From IMG/VR virus record IMGVR_UViG_3300048008_000449, positions 62,001-126,000 of that record: a stretch of DNA of 64,000 nt, one strand, 5' to 3'. The first letter of the stretch is position 1. Each line of letters begins with the position of its first letter. A program made the translations under genes and the position numbers. Below the pieces are notes generated by a model. It was not told the origin of the DNA, ran no database searches, and was given only the letters and a program-made list of their open reading frames with translations. Shown one piece after another: positions 18,857 to 29,335 of this stretch.

Positions 18857-19216
18857 TTAATACCTATTCTTTGGTGGCTCGTTATAATCTGCTTGATTAC
18901 TTGCTGAACCGCTGTAGCTTCCACGTGTTCCAGTAGCTGAAGTATCTGTTTGTACTACAATTTTACCACTGTTTTCGCTAGTACTATTTACATAAAGTCC
19001 AAACCATGCTGCACCTGCTCCAACTACAACACTAACTAAACCTGCTTGTGCCATATTAGGGTCCGGTAATAACATAAACCAGTTTGTTACTTCATATAAA
19101 ATGTATATGTACATTGTAATAAATGCACGAGGGAATAAACGTAATCTATCAAACCAATATGGAAATGCTTCCAATTTTGATATTTTACCGTCATTGTTTA
19201 AATCTGTATTTGGCAT
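18857..19216 (-). CDS. Two-TM membrane protein, holin-like candidate
   Basis: RLFPR followed by two hydrophobic helices; SD AGGAG; TAAATA at 19246-19251. Confidence 0.5.
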   Translation of the reverse strand: MPNTDLNNDGKISKLEAFPYWFDRLRLFPRAFITMYIYILYEVTNWFMLLPDPNMAQAGLVSVVVGAGAAWFGLYVNSTSENSGKIVVQTDTSATGTRGSYSGSASNQADYNEPPKNRY

Positions 19217-19261
19217 TAAATTAGTCTCCTTGTGTAAACTAATAGTATTTATCCAAAACAG

Positions 19262-20314
19262 TTATTGCTGGTTTATAAGTTCTTCTTTATATTCAGCTTC
19301 TAATTTAAGTGAAGAAGAAGTAAATTCAACTAGTGTTTTAAGTGCATCTTCAGTAATAAAAGTCATTAATGTATCTCTATGAGCATCGCCATCTTTACCA
19401 ATTAACCATTCATAGTTTCCAACTTTTGCTTGTATATTAGCAACTGATTCTGGATCATTAGCCATTTTAGTCATAGCAGTTATAATTTTATCTCTGTTTG
19501 GATTATCTTTACGAATCCAAATTGCTTTTTGTAAACCATCTCTAAAACTTTTTGCTAATTTATAAGCATCATAAAAGTTTCCACTAGGTTCTATACCCCA
19601 TATTTCTTTATAAAGTATTTCAAATTGTAAACCTGGATAATTTGGATCATCTGCATGTGTTCCATCTGCTTGTAGTATACCATGTGTAAACCATACTTCT
19701 GCTTGTCCATTATCAACATAAGGCTGAATGTGTTTAATAAAAGCGGCTGGATTTTCACGTGTTACATTTAATTCACCACGTTTAAAAGCAAGTCTGCCTT
19801 CGCCTTGACTAAATCCTGGAATCCATTGAATATTGTTATTAAAGCATTCAACTGGGTTTGCTTCCGGTCCACACACTAACATAGCCATTGCCATAACTTC
19901 TGGTTGACGTCCGCCGTAGCTGTGAAACTTTATTGCATTCATATCTGCATTAATTAATCGACCTGTAATAATATTTAAATTCATAAGGCCAATACTATCA
20001 TATTCTGAATAGTTATAATCAACTGGCTCAGTTAAAAAACTAACTGCGTTAGATCCATTTGATACCATTAGTACGTCATCGTCATTTTGTAGTTCGTTGT
20101 GGAATTTATTAAATCCTGGTAATCCTTTTGCACCTGGAATATGTCTAACTGTAACACGATCGTTTGGCAAGAACTTTTCCAGCTCAATTGCTACAATCTG
20201 TGCCCATACACTAGTACCAGCTCCAACTTTTTGAGGCACTACTAAAGTTACATCAGCATATGTCGCTGATGATACTATTGTTAATATTAATGCCATCATA
20301 TATTTCTTAATCAT
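19262..20314 (-). CDS. Periplasmic substrate-binding protein, TctC/Bug-like
   Basis: Signal peptide; VVPQKVGAGT, HIPGAKG, LAFKRGEL. Confidence 0.7.
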   Translation of the reverse strand: MIKKYMMALILTIVSSATYADVTLVVPQKVGAGTSVWAQIVAIELEKFLPNDRVTVRHIPGAKGLPGFNKFHNELQNDDDVLMVSNGSNAVSFLTEPVDYNYSEYDSIGLMNLNIITGRLINADMNAIKFHSYGGRQPEVMAMAMLVCGPEANPVECFNNNIQWIPGFSQGEGRLAFKRGELNVTRENPAAFIKHIQPYVDNGQAEVWFTHGILQADGTHADDPNYPGLQFEILYKEIWGIEPSGNFYDAYKLAKSFRDGLQKAIWIRKDNPNRDKIITAMTKMANDPESVANIQAKVGNYEWLIGKDGDAHRDTLMTFITEDALKTLVEFTSSSLKLEAEYKEELINQQ

Positions 20315-20447
20315 TTTCTTTTCCCTTATTTTTATTTTTTAAAGATTTTTCTCTAGCATCATCCCATAAAGCTCCGTATTCGCAAGTCTCTTCGCAAAAT
20401 TTAACATACCAATTCCAAAATTGTTTAATTTGTTTTTTAATTTGCAT
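20307..20447 (-). CDS. Small hypothetical protein, 46 aa (MQIKKQIKQFWNWY...), not in the ORF track
   Basis: Overlaps both neighbours and fills the gap. Confidence 0.5.
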   Translation of the reverse strand: MQIKKQIKQFWNWYVKFCEETCEYGALWDDAREKSLKNKNKGKEND

Positions 20448-20994
20448 TTAAAAGTCTTTCTAATTCGTTTGGTAAAATAGCTTTTTGCATACGTTCTGGA
20501 TGCCACACAATACCCCATATTGGTTTTGTTTTGTGTTTAAATGCTTCTACATCTCCGTCTACTGTTGTAGCAATTACATCAAAGTCTTTACCAACTTTTG
20601 TTATTTTGTTAGTATGGAAACTATTTACCTTGCATGTTTTATCGTACATTATAATATCATGTTCAGTATTATGATGTCCTTCACATTCAATATTAGTTCC
20701 TTCTTCTAATTCGTTAATAAAAAAAGCTCCGTGGCAAACTCCTAGTATAGGTTTATTTTGTTTGTAACATTCTGTTAACAAGCGTATTTCAGTAACAAGT
20801 CTTTTTGGACTTGCATCACCTCCTGTAAAAATAACAATGTCTAGATTTTTAACCAATTCTGTTAAATCTTGGTCAGGATTATTTGCTATAGGTAAAAGCG
20901 TATGACCGCCTAGTAGTTGTTGCCAACCGTGTTCTAGACAGTCATACTCAAATTTGTTATGAACGAATATGCGTTGTGTTAACCCAATATTCAT
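20437..20994 (-). CDS. Class I glutamine amidotransferase / gamma-glutamyl hydrolase (peptidase C26; Cj1417-like)
   Basis: IGLTQR start, TGG, LGVCHG nucleophile elbow, NSFH, WHPE. Confidence 0.85.
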   Translation of the reverse strand: MNIGLTQRIFVHNKFEYDCLEHGWQQLLGGHTLLPIANNPDQDLTELVKNLDIVIFTGGDASPKRLVTEIRLLTECYKQNKPILGVCHGAFFINELEEGTNIECEGHHNTEHDIIMYDKTCKVNSFHTNKITKVGKDFDVIATTVDGDVEAFKHKTKPIWGIVWHPERMQKAILPNELERLLNAN

Positions 20995-21006
20995 AACTGA
21001 TTGGAC

Positions 21007-21708
21007 TTACCAACCGTAAGCTGCGTTAACTAGATCACGTGATCCAGCTGCTTCAACTGTGTTTGCACAAGATACGTCAAACAAATCTTTACGCATTCCG
21101 TCAACGATGTTAAGCACGTGTGCTTGAACTTCTGGAGTTGTAGCGATTGCTTCTAGTTTCATTGCACCGATTGTGCTGTGGAAACCTTCGTCTTTTGCAA
21201 TTTTAGCATATGATTTAGAGATGAAAGAATCTTCGATTGTTTCAGCCATTTGTGACCATACTGCTGCCGCACGACCTTCAGCTACGATTTGGTATACTGC
21301 AAGTGCTGCTGCGTCATCTGATGCTTCATAAGCTTCTAGTAAGTCTGCACCTTTTGCTGTTGGCTTAGCTGCTTCAGCTGCCATAGCTTCAGCTACATTT
21401 AGTTCTTCACCAGTGATTTTTTCGATGCATTCTTTTACCATACGGAAGTGGATTGCTTCGTCCATCGCTTGCTTAGATAGGTTTTGTAATTCAACAGGAT
21501 CTGCATCAGCAGGCATGTTAGCTACTTGACGTGAGATTTCAACCATGTTCATTCTCTCGTTAACCATTCTACCTGTGAAGTGCTCTACTAGAGCTTCCAT
21601 TGAATTGTCTTTGCTTTCGAAATACGCTTTCACGTTCATTTTAGAAGCTTCGAAAAGTGCTTCGTTGTCTTTTTGTAGTTGCTCTACAAATTGTGTTGAT
21701 GTAGTCAT
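21007..21708 (-). CDS. Ferritin-like diiron-carboxylate protein
   Basis: E...DEAIH...E...DEGFH; SD GGAG supports a start at MTTST. Confidence 0.75.
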   Translation of the reverse strand: MTTSTQFVEQLQKDNEALFEASKMNVKAYFESKDNSMEALVEHFTGRMVNERMNMVEISRQVANMPADADPVELQNLSKQAMDEAIHFRMVKECIEKITGEELNVAEAMAAEAAKPTAKGADLLEAYEASDDAAALAVYQIVAEGRAAAVWSQMAETIEDSFISKSYAKIAKDEGFHSTIGAMKLEAIATTPEVQAHVLNIVDGMRKDLFDVSCANTVEAAGSRDLVNAAYGW

Positions 21709-21709
21709 T

Positions 21710-21870
21710 GTAATATTCTCCATTAATTACTTGAATAGGATTCACTTTGTGAATCACGAATAAAACATTTTTCTCTTTTGTAAAGGGAATAATGAGTTGC
21801 ACGTGTTAAATATAACTGCTCAGTTATAATGTGCAATCATCTTCGATGAAGTAACAAAACTCTTTGTTAC
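21710..21870 (-). ncRNA. Candidate structured 5' leader of the ferritin-like operon
   Basis: Several perfect hairpins between TAAATA (21876-21881) and the SD. Confidence 0.4.
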
Positions 21871-21939
21871 ACATATATTTATCATCTTAAATAAAATTAT
21901 TAACAATAGCGTTTTAAATATTAACTTTTAGTTGGTCGT

Positions 21940-21978
21940 AAAAAAACCCAGTTCTATTTCTAAAACTGGGTTTCTTTT
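21940..21978. terminator. Intrinsic terminator
   Basis: aaaaaacccagtt...aactgggtttctttt inverted repeat with A/T tails. Confidence 0.75.
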
Positions 21979-21999
21979 AAATTATTGTAACTGGGTAAC

Positions 22000-22302
22000 T
22001 TACGCTACTGTCATTGCGCCGGCTGTGCCTAGTGCTAATGCTTGTAGTGCTGCTTCTAGATCTGCTTGTGTCCAAGAGCTGTTTTCAACTGCTACTGTGA
22101 ATACTGTTCCGCCTGTTGCGTGATCTGAAAGACCGATTACTGTACCTTTTTGAGATACACACTCTAAAATTGCTTCCATGTCTTCACCTGGAGCTGTTTC
22201 GCCTGAAACATCTGCTGCTGCTGTGATAGTCCAAGAAGTAATTGGAGCACCGTAGTTAAACTTACCGAATTCGATAACGTTTGCTGGATTTCTTGTTGCC
22301 AT
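22000..22302 (-). CDS. Small Ala/Thr-rich protein, probable abundant virion protein
   Basis: Strong SD AGGAG, own late promoter (22358-22363) and terminator. Confidence 0.55.
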   Translation of the reverse strand: MATRNPANVIEFGKFNYGAPITSWTITAAADVSGETAPGEDMEAILECVSQKGTVIGLSDHATGGTVFTVAVENSSWTQADLEAALQALALGTAGAMTVA

Positions 22303-22371
22303 TTTAATTTCTCCTAAAAATGTATTTTTAATTGTCTGTAGCTTTTGCTACTATACTTATTTATCAAAAAG

Positions 22372-24612
22372 TTATCTTTTGACTGAGTTTTGTTCAACAA
22401 ATATAGTCCATTGTACAGTTTTTGCAGTATCTCCAGTAACAATTATCTTTAAACTGCTATTTGTAATGTCTGCTTCTACTGATCCTGTCCATATTTGCGT
22501 TGTATCTTCTAACGTTTCTTTGCTTGGACTACCTACTAATGCTAATGTACCACTAGTTTTATTAATAATTCCTTGCAATTTAAATCCGCAATGATCTGTT
22601 CCATCACTGCCTACAATATGTACTTTGTACATCACAGTACTATTATCATCAATAACAATTCTGCTTCCTGTAGTTAAAAGAGCTTCTGTTGGTGTAGCAT
22701 CTGTTGTAATAATTGACATAACATAATTTTCTGCTGTTGCCGCTACTACATTTGATACTTTTGCTACTTGAGTAACATTATGTGTAAAGAACCTATCACC
22801 AGTAATTTCTGGCTCTGCCCATTTATCATTTACATAAGTTTCTGTAGCTAAACCTGCTATACTTGGTATATAAGGTTTGTTAGCTAAGTCAGGATAACTA
22901 CCTGAGAATAAATTTGGTCTATTAACTAGGTCGTTATAATCACCGCTAAACAAGTTAGGTAAATTTTGTAAGTCTGCGTAATCTATGTTTGACGCAATTG
23001 CATCACCTAACGAAGATAAACTTACTGTGCTAATAACCGTATCTGGGTCTGGTTCAACATTTAAAAGCTGTAAGTCTTGTCCTATAAGTTGTAAACTTAA
23101 ATCTGCATTTGATGCAGGTTTATTAATTAAGTCTGTATAATCACCTGAGAATAATATTGGTGTATTTACTAAATCGTTATAATTACCACTGAAGTGATCT
23201 CCACGTTCTACTAGTTTTTGTGTAACCCATGACTCTGAAGCATATCCTGCTAAGTCTACAGTACCGTTTGATACTGCTTGTACTAGTTCATCTGTTACAT
23301 ATTGTTTTGTTGCAAATGTTTCATCTAAGTCAACATTCTCCCATAAACTATTAACTGCGTTATACATTAATACGTGGTTAGTTGTTTCTGTTCCATCTAT
23401 AGCAACATCTGTTAATGCGCCTATTGTAGTTACACCGCCGCCTAATGTAGCATTACTAATTGCTGTAGCAAGTTCTGTATCTGTAACGTAGTTACTTAAA
23501 TCAATTGTTCCACCTGATATTGCACTTGCAATTTTACTATCAATTGCTGTTTCGCTTATAAACGTTGATGTATCAGGTATAGTTGGTTTGTTTGTTAAGT
23601 CAGCATAGTCACCACTAAACGCTGTTGGTATAGTTGGCTTGTTTGTTAAATCGTTATAGTCTCCACTAAACGCTGTTGGAATTAATCCATCTACTTGTGT
23701 TTTAGTATAATAATTTGATAAGTCTATTGATGGTTGATAATTTGCTAATTCAGTTTGTAATTCTGTTTCAGTTACATAACTACTTAGGTCAACACTTCCA
23801 CCACTTGAAACGTTAGCAATTTGTTGATCAACATATGATGTTGATGCTTTATCATTAATCTGTGTTTGTAAAGATGCTTCTGCTGTTAATGCACGAGTTT
23901 CTTCAACAGCAATGGCTGCATTTAATTGTGCAGTACTAATACCACCACCTGATCCACTATTTAATAAATTAGTAGTATCTGTTAAGTCACTTACATCAGT
24001 TGGTATACTTAAATTTGATAATGCTGTGTTTAATGCTGTAGTAGTTACATAATTTGATAAGTCAACATTTCCACTATTATCTATTGCATTAATTTGTTGC
24101 TGTACCCATAACTGAGTTGCATAACCTGTTAACGTTGGAATAGTAGGTGTATTATGTAAGTTATTATAATCACCATCAAAGAACGTAGCGTTAGCAATAG
24201 CTGTATTAATTTCGCCTGTAGTTTGTGTACTAGTGTTATAATTAAGCAATGCACTACTTAATGCACCGGTGGTTACATAGTTGCTTAAATCTACATTACC
24301 GTTGCTTATACCCGCTATTTGAGCGTCTACGTAGGTCTTATCTGCTTTAAGTGCTATGGCTGCATCAAGAGCTGCTTTAGCTGTATTAAAATTTTCAATA
24401 GTGTGATATGCACTTAAATCAACACTTCCACCACCATTAATATTAGCAATTAATTGGTTAACTTCTGCTAATGTTGCAAAGCTACCGTTACTGTTAATAA
24501 ATGATTTAGTGGCTGTATTATAAATTAATATATCGCCATCAACAATATTATTTAGGTTAAAATCTGGTAATGGTTGAGTTGATACCGCTCCACTAAATGC
24601 TTTAATCGCCAA
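22372..24612 (-). CDS. Fibre-like structural protein with FSGDYNDLxNKP and VDLSNYVT repeats
   Basis: 746 aa, TTG start, repeated motifs typical of phage fibres. Confidence 0.7.
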   Translation of the reverse strand: MAIKAFSGAVSTQPLPDFNLNNIVDGDILIYNTATKSFINSNGSFATLAEVNQLIANINGGGSVDLSAYHTIENFNTAKAALDAAIALKADKTYVDAQIAGISNGNVDLSNYVTTGALSSALLNYNTSTQTTGEINTAIANATFFDGDYNNLHNTPTIPTLTGYATQLWVQQQINAIDNSGNVDLSNYVTTTALNTALSNLSIPTDVSDLTDTTNLLNSGSGGGISTAQLNAAIAVEETRALTAEASLQTQINDKASTSYVDQQIANVSSGGSVDLSSYVTETELQTELANYQPSIDLSNYYTKTQVDGLIPTAFSGDYNDLTNKPTIPTAFSGDYADLTNKPTIPDTSTFISETAIDSKIASAISGGTIDLSNYVTDTELATAISNATLGGGVTTIGALTDVAIDGTETTNHVLMYNAVNSLWENVDLDETFATKQYVTDELVQAVSNGTVDLAGYASESWVTQKLVERGDHFSGNYNDLVNTPILFSGDYTDLINKPASNADLSLQLIGQDLQLLNVEPDPDTVISTVSLSSLGDAIASNIDYADLQNLPNLFSGDYNDLVNRPNLFSGSYPDLANKPYIPSIAGLATETYVNDKWAEPEITGDRFFTHNVTQVAKVSNVVAATAENYVMSIITTDATPTEALLTTGSRIVIDDNSTVMYKVHIVGSDGTDHCGFKLQGIINKTSGTLALVGSPSKETLEDTTQIWTGSVEADITNSSLKIIVTGDTAKTVQWTIFVEQNSVKR

Positions 24613-24624
24613 GTTAATTTCCCC

Positions 24625-24996
24625 TTAAATTAGAATTACTATCTTATCAACTACACCATGTAATGCAGGGTCATATGCGTTTGCCCCTAAGTATGATCTA
24701 TCAACTTTTGCACGTAGATAGACAAAGTTACCTTCAAAGCTAGTGCCTCTAGTAGCTGTTTGTGCTGTAAACTGTAAGTATGGAGTAATTGTATCTAGTT
24801 CAATTGGAAACCAATCGTTAGCACCTGGGTTTTCAACAATTGTTGCCTCTAGGTGTATTCTTCCAGTAAAGTTTACCACATGAAAACTCATAGTATGCAA
24901 GCCATCGGCAAAACCGTAGTAGCCGTCACCTTTAACCATTTCACTTGTATAATCAAGTTCGTTTTTGTTTGTTAGAACTATAATAGATCCAGACAT
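24625..24996 (-). CDS. Hypothetical, likely structural, protein
   Basis: SD AGGAG; TAAATA at 25022-25027. Confidence 0.65.
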   Translation of the reverse strand: MSGSIIVLTNKNELDYTSEMVKGDGYYGFADGLHTMSFHVVNFTGRIHLEATIVENPGANDWFPIELDTITPYLQFTAQTATRGTSFEGNFVYLRAKVDRSYLGANAYDPALHGVVDKIVILI

Positions 24997-25027
24997 AGAT
25001 AATCTCCTTTAATCTTACAAGTATTTA

Positions 25028-25633
25028 TCAATTTCGCAATTCTTTATACTGGATAACTGTTTCAATTCTAATATTAAGATCATCGCTATGTGATAGTTTA
25101 AACAACATCATTGTTTCTTCACTGTTGCAAAACACAATTGGAACACTTTCTCTATTTCTATGCATAAAGTATCTAATGTGTACTATACGTCTATCATGGA
25201 AATCAAAGTTATCATATATCCATTTTATAGTAGCATTGTCTTTTTCTAGTGTACCAACACCATACTTTGGCCAACTTATTAGTTTATGTTTGTAGTTGTT
25301 ATACCATAACTTATCACGTATAACAACACTTCTATCTTTTTCGTATAATAGTTTTTTATGTGTATCACTTATTGGTTCGTGTATTTTATCTATTTTTCTA
25401 TATAAGAAATCATCAGATTTTATCTGATCAACCATATCAACGTCAGATGTATAAACTGCTAAATTATATGTTGTTTCTGATTTTTTTGTTTTAACACCAC
25501 GCCATATTGTTTGACCATCTAATCCTATTTTAGGATAATTGAAAACGTAGTTAAACGGCAGGTCTAGAAATTTAATACATGTATCAAAGTATCTGTAATA
25601 TAATGACTGCGATGGAAATACATTATTTTCCAT
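25028..25633 (-). CDS. Hypothetical protein
   Basis: Start re-called at MENNVF, overlapping the clpA stop. Confidence 0.6.
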   Translation of the reverse strand: MENNVFPSQSLYYRYFDTCIKFLDLPFNYVFNYPKIGLDGQTIWRGVKTKKSETTYNLAVYTSDVDMVDQIKSDDFLYRKIDKIHEPISDTHKKLLYEKDRSVVIRDKLWYNNYKHKLISWPKYGVGTLEKDNATIKWIYDNFDFHDRRIVHIRYFMHRNRESVPIVFCNSEETMMLFKLSHSDDLNIRIETVIQYKELRN

Positions 25634-27887
25634 TAATAAGTAACTTGTCTTTTTGCCAATCAAGCTCCAATGTAAACTCGCCTTCATTATTAAGTAGATA
25701 TTTTGCTAATGGTAATTTTACTGATTCGTTGATTACTCGTTGTAGTGGTCTTGCACCCATTGTAGGATCGTACCCTTTATCTTCTAGCATGGCTAATAAT
25801 CCTGGTCCCCACTGTAATACAATATTTCTACCTTCAACATATGATTCTAATTCTCCTAAGAACTTAATAACAATACGTTTCATATCATTTTGCTCTAGTG
25901 CGTTAAATTTAACAATTCCATCTAATCTATTTCTAAACTCTGGAGCAAAGTAATTGTTTACTGCATCATCAACTGCTTTTGCATTAAATGTTTCTTCGTT
26001 GAATCCAATTGTAGCAATTGCCGCATCTTTTGCACCTAGGTTACTAGTCATAATAATAATTGCATTTTTAGCACTTACTACTTTACCTGTACTGCTCGTA
26101 AGTGTACCTTCATCAAGTAAACTTAACAATACACTCATTAAGTCAGGGTGTGCTTTTTCTACTTCATCTAATAACAATAAGCAATTTGGATTATCTTCTA
26201 GATGACTTATTAGTAAGCCATCTCCTGCTTTACCATCACCATGTCCTACATAGCCTGGAGGTGATCCAATTAGTTTTGATACTGTATGACGTTCTTGATA
26301 TTCTGCCATATCATAACGTACAAGTTTCATACTCATTGCTTGTGCTAGACGTTTAGCAAGTTCTGTTTTACCAACACCTGTTGGACCCGTAAACAAATAA
26401 CTAGCAACAGGTTTAGTAGGATCTTTTAATCCAGCCATGCTAACTGTAATACTATCTACTACACGATCAACTGCTGGTTGTTGTCCAAATACTGTACTTT
26501 CTAAAAATGTTTTAACTTCTGTATGTTTTGTTACAGTCTGTTTATCTTCTACGTTACCTAAATGTTCTTTTGGTATTCCTGTAAGTCTTGCTACCTCTGC
26601 TCTAATTTCTTCTTCGCCTATAATAGTTAAGCGATCTGCTTCTGGTAAAATTCTATTAAATGCACATGCTCTATCAAGTATATCAAATGCTTTGTCTGGT
26701 AATTTCTTGTTAAAGATATATTGGTCACTTAGTTCAACTGCTAATTCTGCGGCATCTTCAGTAATACTAACATTGTGATAATGTTCATAAGATATCATTG
26801 TACCTCTAACTACTTCTTTTGCCTCAATTATATTAGGCTCATCACATACAACTTTTGTAAACCTACGTGCCAATGCACTTTCTTTTTCAAATACTTTTCT
26901 ATATTCTTCGTCTGTTGTAGCACCAATAACTTTTAGTTTTCCACTACTCAATGCAGGCTTTAACATATTACCAGCATCCATAGTACCATTTGTACTACCT
27001 GCTCCAATAATTTGATGTATCTCATCAATGAATAAAATAATGTTAGGCTCTTTAATTAATGCTTCGCCTAATTGTTTCATACGTTCTTCAAAGTCACCTC
27101 TATATTTGGTACCAGCAACTAACTTAGTCATATCTAATTCCCATACAACCTTGTCTTTAATAATGTCTGGAACGTTACCTTCTACAATAAGTTTTGCTAA
27201 TCCTTGTACAACTGCTGTTTTACCAACACCACTTCCACCTGTTAAAATAGCATTAGATTTTTTCTTACGTGCTACTGTTTGTACTAGGTCTTTTAATTCT
27301 TTTCTACGGCCAATTAAATCATCATAATCTTGGCTTTCTTCATTTAAATTATTACAAAATTGTTTTAATACTTCACGTGGAGTTACTGCTCTCTGACCGC
27401 CTGGTCCTGGCATACCTGCAGCCATACCATCTACTGGTCCAAAGATTTGTTCATCTTTCATTGCGGCTGTATCTTGCATCCAACTCATTACTTTGTTTTT
27501 GTTTAGGCCCAATTGTTCTGCATATTTAGATGACACACTATGTTCTTCACCTAGTATACTCAATACTAAGTCAAGTTGGTTAATTACTTTTTTGCCTTGA
27601 AACAATGCTTGTGTTAACGCACGATTAAATACACGTTCTAACATTTGTGTCTTAGCAGGATTTGGTTCTTCTTTAGTATTTTTTACTAATTCTTTACATT
27701 CTTTTTCTAAGTATTCAATTAATGCAATTTGCAAACTTTCTGCATCTGCATTAATTTCGTAACACATTGCTATTACATGTGGGTCGTCTAGAATCACTGC
27801 GGCTAAGTGTTCTATTGTAACATATTCGTGTTTGAACTTCTTAGCTAAGTTAATTGCTGTTATTACTATTTTTTCAATGTCTGTCAT
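25623..27887 (-). CDS. clpA: ATP-dependent Clp protease ATP-binding subunit ClpA
   Basis: Clp-N (HEYVTIEHL), two AAA+ modules (GVGKT/FIDEIH; GPTGVGKT/LLDEVEKAHP), IGF loop, no ClpB M-domain. Confidence 0.93.
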   Translation of the reverse strand: MTDIEKIVITAINLAKKFKHEYVTIEHLAAVILDDPHVIAMCYEINADAESLQIALIEYLEKECKELVKNTKEEPNPAKTQMLERVFNRALTQALFQGKKVINQLDLVLSILGEEHSVSSKYAEQLGLNKNKVMSWMQDTAAMKDEQIFGPVDGMAAGMPGPGGQRAVTPREVLKQFCNNLNEESQDYDDLIGRRKELKDLVQTVARKKKSNAILTGGSGVGKTAVVQGLAKLIVEGNVPDIIKDKVVWELDMTKLVAGTKYRGDFEERMKQLGEALIKEPNIILFIDEIHQIIGAGSTNGTMDAGNMLKPALSSGKLKVIGATTDEEYRKVFEKESALARRFTKVVCDEPNIIEAKEVVRGTMISYEHYHNVSITEDAAELAVELSDQYIFNKKLPDKAFDILDRACAFNRILPEADRLTIIGEEEIRAEVARLTGIPKEHLGNVEDKQTVTKHTEVKTFLESTVFGQQPAVDRVVDSITVSMAGLKDPTKPVASYLFTGPTGVGKTELAKRLAQAMSMKLVRYDMAEYQERHTVSKLIGSPPGYVGHGDGKAGDGLLISHLEDNPNCLLLLDEVEKAHPDLMSVLLSLLDEGTLTSSTGKVVSAKNAIIIMTSNLGAKDAAIATIGFNEETFNAKAVDDAVNNYFAPEFRNRLDGIVKFNALEQNDMKRIVIKFLGELESYVEGRNIVLQWGPGLLAMLEDKGYDPTMGARPLQRVINESVKLPLAKYLLNNEGEFTLELDWQKDKLLINGK

Positions 27888-28557
27888 CTTTTAGCCTTTT
27901 TATAAAATCGTTAATATTAGATTCAGTTATGTGAGGTATCTTTACACTAATGTTTACTCTTAAACTTCCTCTCTTCTTTGTCTTTCTGTTATACAATCCC
28001 TGACCCTTAACACTAATAATAGTTCCTGTTTCTGTTTCAGGGGGAATATTTAATTCGCAGTAATCACCTAATGGTGTTAATATAACAAATGAATTCCTTT
28101 TCATTACATCTATTATATCTAATGTTTTATACATTATAATATTATTTCCTTGTCTTGTAAAGACTTTATCTGCCAATTCTTTAACATTTATTATGTATTT
28201 TTTGCCTTTATTAACAACATTAAACTTATCGCCTGCTACTGCTCCTGGGGGAATATTTACTTTTATGAATAATTCTTCTTCGTCTTCTACTTCTATATAA
28301 TTATTTATACCTAAAATTTGTTGTTCAATTGATAATCCAATATTAAACATCTTAGTATCAGACACTTTTACAATAGGTACATGTTTCTGCTCAGAAATAG
28401 TATCATATGCTTGACTAATTTCTAACCATTCAGCGATTGTACCGCCTTTGTCTGGATGATTTTTTAATGCTAATTTCTTATAGGCTTGCTTTACTTCTCT
28501 TAGTGAGGCGTTGGGTTCTACTCCTAAAATAAACCAAGGGTTATTGTAAGTCTTCAT
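27874..28557 (-). CDS. DnaJ-class co-chaperone (CbpA-like, no zinc finger)
   Basis: J-domain with HPD and a DnaJ C-terminal domain (KGQGL). Confidence 0.85.
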   Translation of the reverse strand: MKTYNNPWFILGVEPNASLREVKQAYKKLALKNHPDKGGTIAEWLEISQAYDTISEQKHVPIVKVSDTKMFNIGLSIEQQILGINNYIEVEDEEELFIKVNIPPGAVAGDKFNVVNKGKKYIINVKELADKVFTRQGNNIIMYKTLDIIDVMKRNSFVILTPLGDYCELNIPPETETGTIISVKGQGLYNRKTKKRGSLRVNISVKIPHITESNINDFIKRLKDDRH

Positions 28558-28894
28558 TGTTGTACTTTTTATATGCCGCGATAATAGATTGTTGTTGTTT
28601 TAACAATTTAAGAATATCTGCCATGTTTAATGTTAGGTTCTGATAACCATCATCAACAACTGCATAAAGTACAAGATCAGTTTTATTATCTTTAAGTTTG
28701 TTGAATACTTCATCAACATTCTCTGGAGTAATAACTATCCATTCAATCGGTCTTGCTACATACTTGTCAACTTTAGGTACTATTAATTCTGGCTTCTTTA
28801 CAGGAGCAGTGTCAATTTTAAGTACTTGCGGTATACTACTGCATGCTGTCAGCATCATTGTTGCCATTAATGCAATCAATAAACTCTTTGTCAT
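28541..28894 (-). CDS. o-spanin (Rz1-like lipoprotein)
   Basis: Lipobox LTAC; overlaps the 3' end of the i-spanin. Confidence 0.7.
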   Translation of the reverse strand: MTKSLLIALMATMMLTACSSIPQVLKIDTAPVKKPELIVPKVDKYVARPIEWIVITPENVDEVFNKLKDNKTDLVLYAVVDDGYQNLTLNMADILKLLKQQQSIIAAYKKYNNEDLQ

Positions 28895-29312
28895 CTGCTT
28901 CTCCTTCTTTGGCCTCTTGTCCACTTAATAATTCAACACATCTAAACACTTCATTTGATCCTTTGTTAATTTGACCTTCAATATACTCTGGTGCTTCTAT
29001 TGTAAGTTCTCCAAAGTCACGTTTGTTTCCTTGTTTATCTTGATTGAACATTGTTTCTAATTCTTTTGTTTTTTGTCTACTCTCTGCAAAATCTTCATTT
29101 AATTGTGTAAGTGTTTCGCTCATAACTTTTAAACTGTTTTGTAAACTTTCTGTTGCTGACTTTTGTATAGTTAGGCTGGTTTCAAGTTTGGCTTGATTTT
29201 CAGCATATTGTTTTATAGCTTTTTGTGTATCTTGATAATACCAATAAGCTAGTCCTGCAAACATTGCGAAAGCTGCAAACATTATAATATAGACTTTTAG
29301 TTTTGTAAACAT
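28836..29312 (-). CDS. i-spanin (Rz-like)
   Basis: N-terminal TM, long coiled coil, C-terminal Cys. Confidence 0.7.
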   Translation of the reverse strand: MFTKLKVYIIMFAAFAMFAGLAYWYYQDTQKAIKQYAENQAKLETSLTIQKSATESLQNSLKVMSETLTQLNEDFAESRQKTKELETMFNQDKQGNKRDFGELTIEAPEYIEGQINKGSNEVFRCVELLSGQEAKEGEADDKEFIDCINGNNDADSMQ

Positions 29313-29335
29313 AATATTACTTATACCTTTGACAA

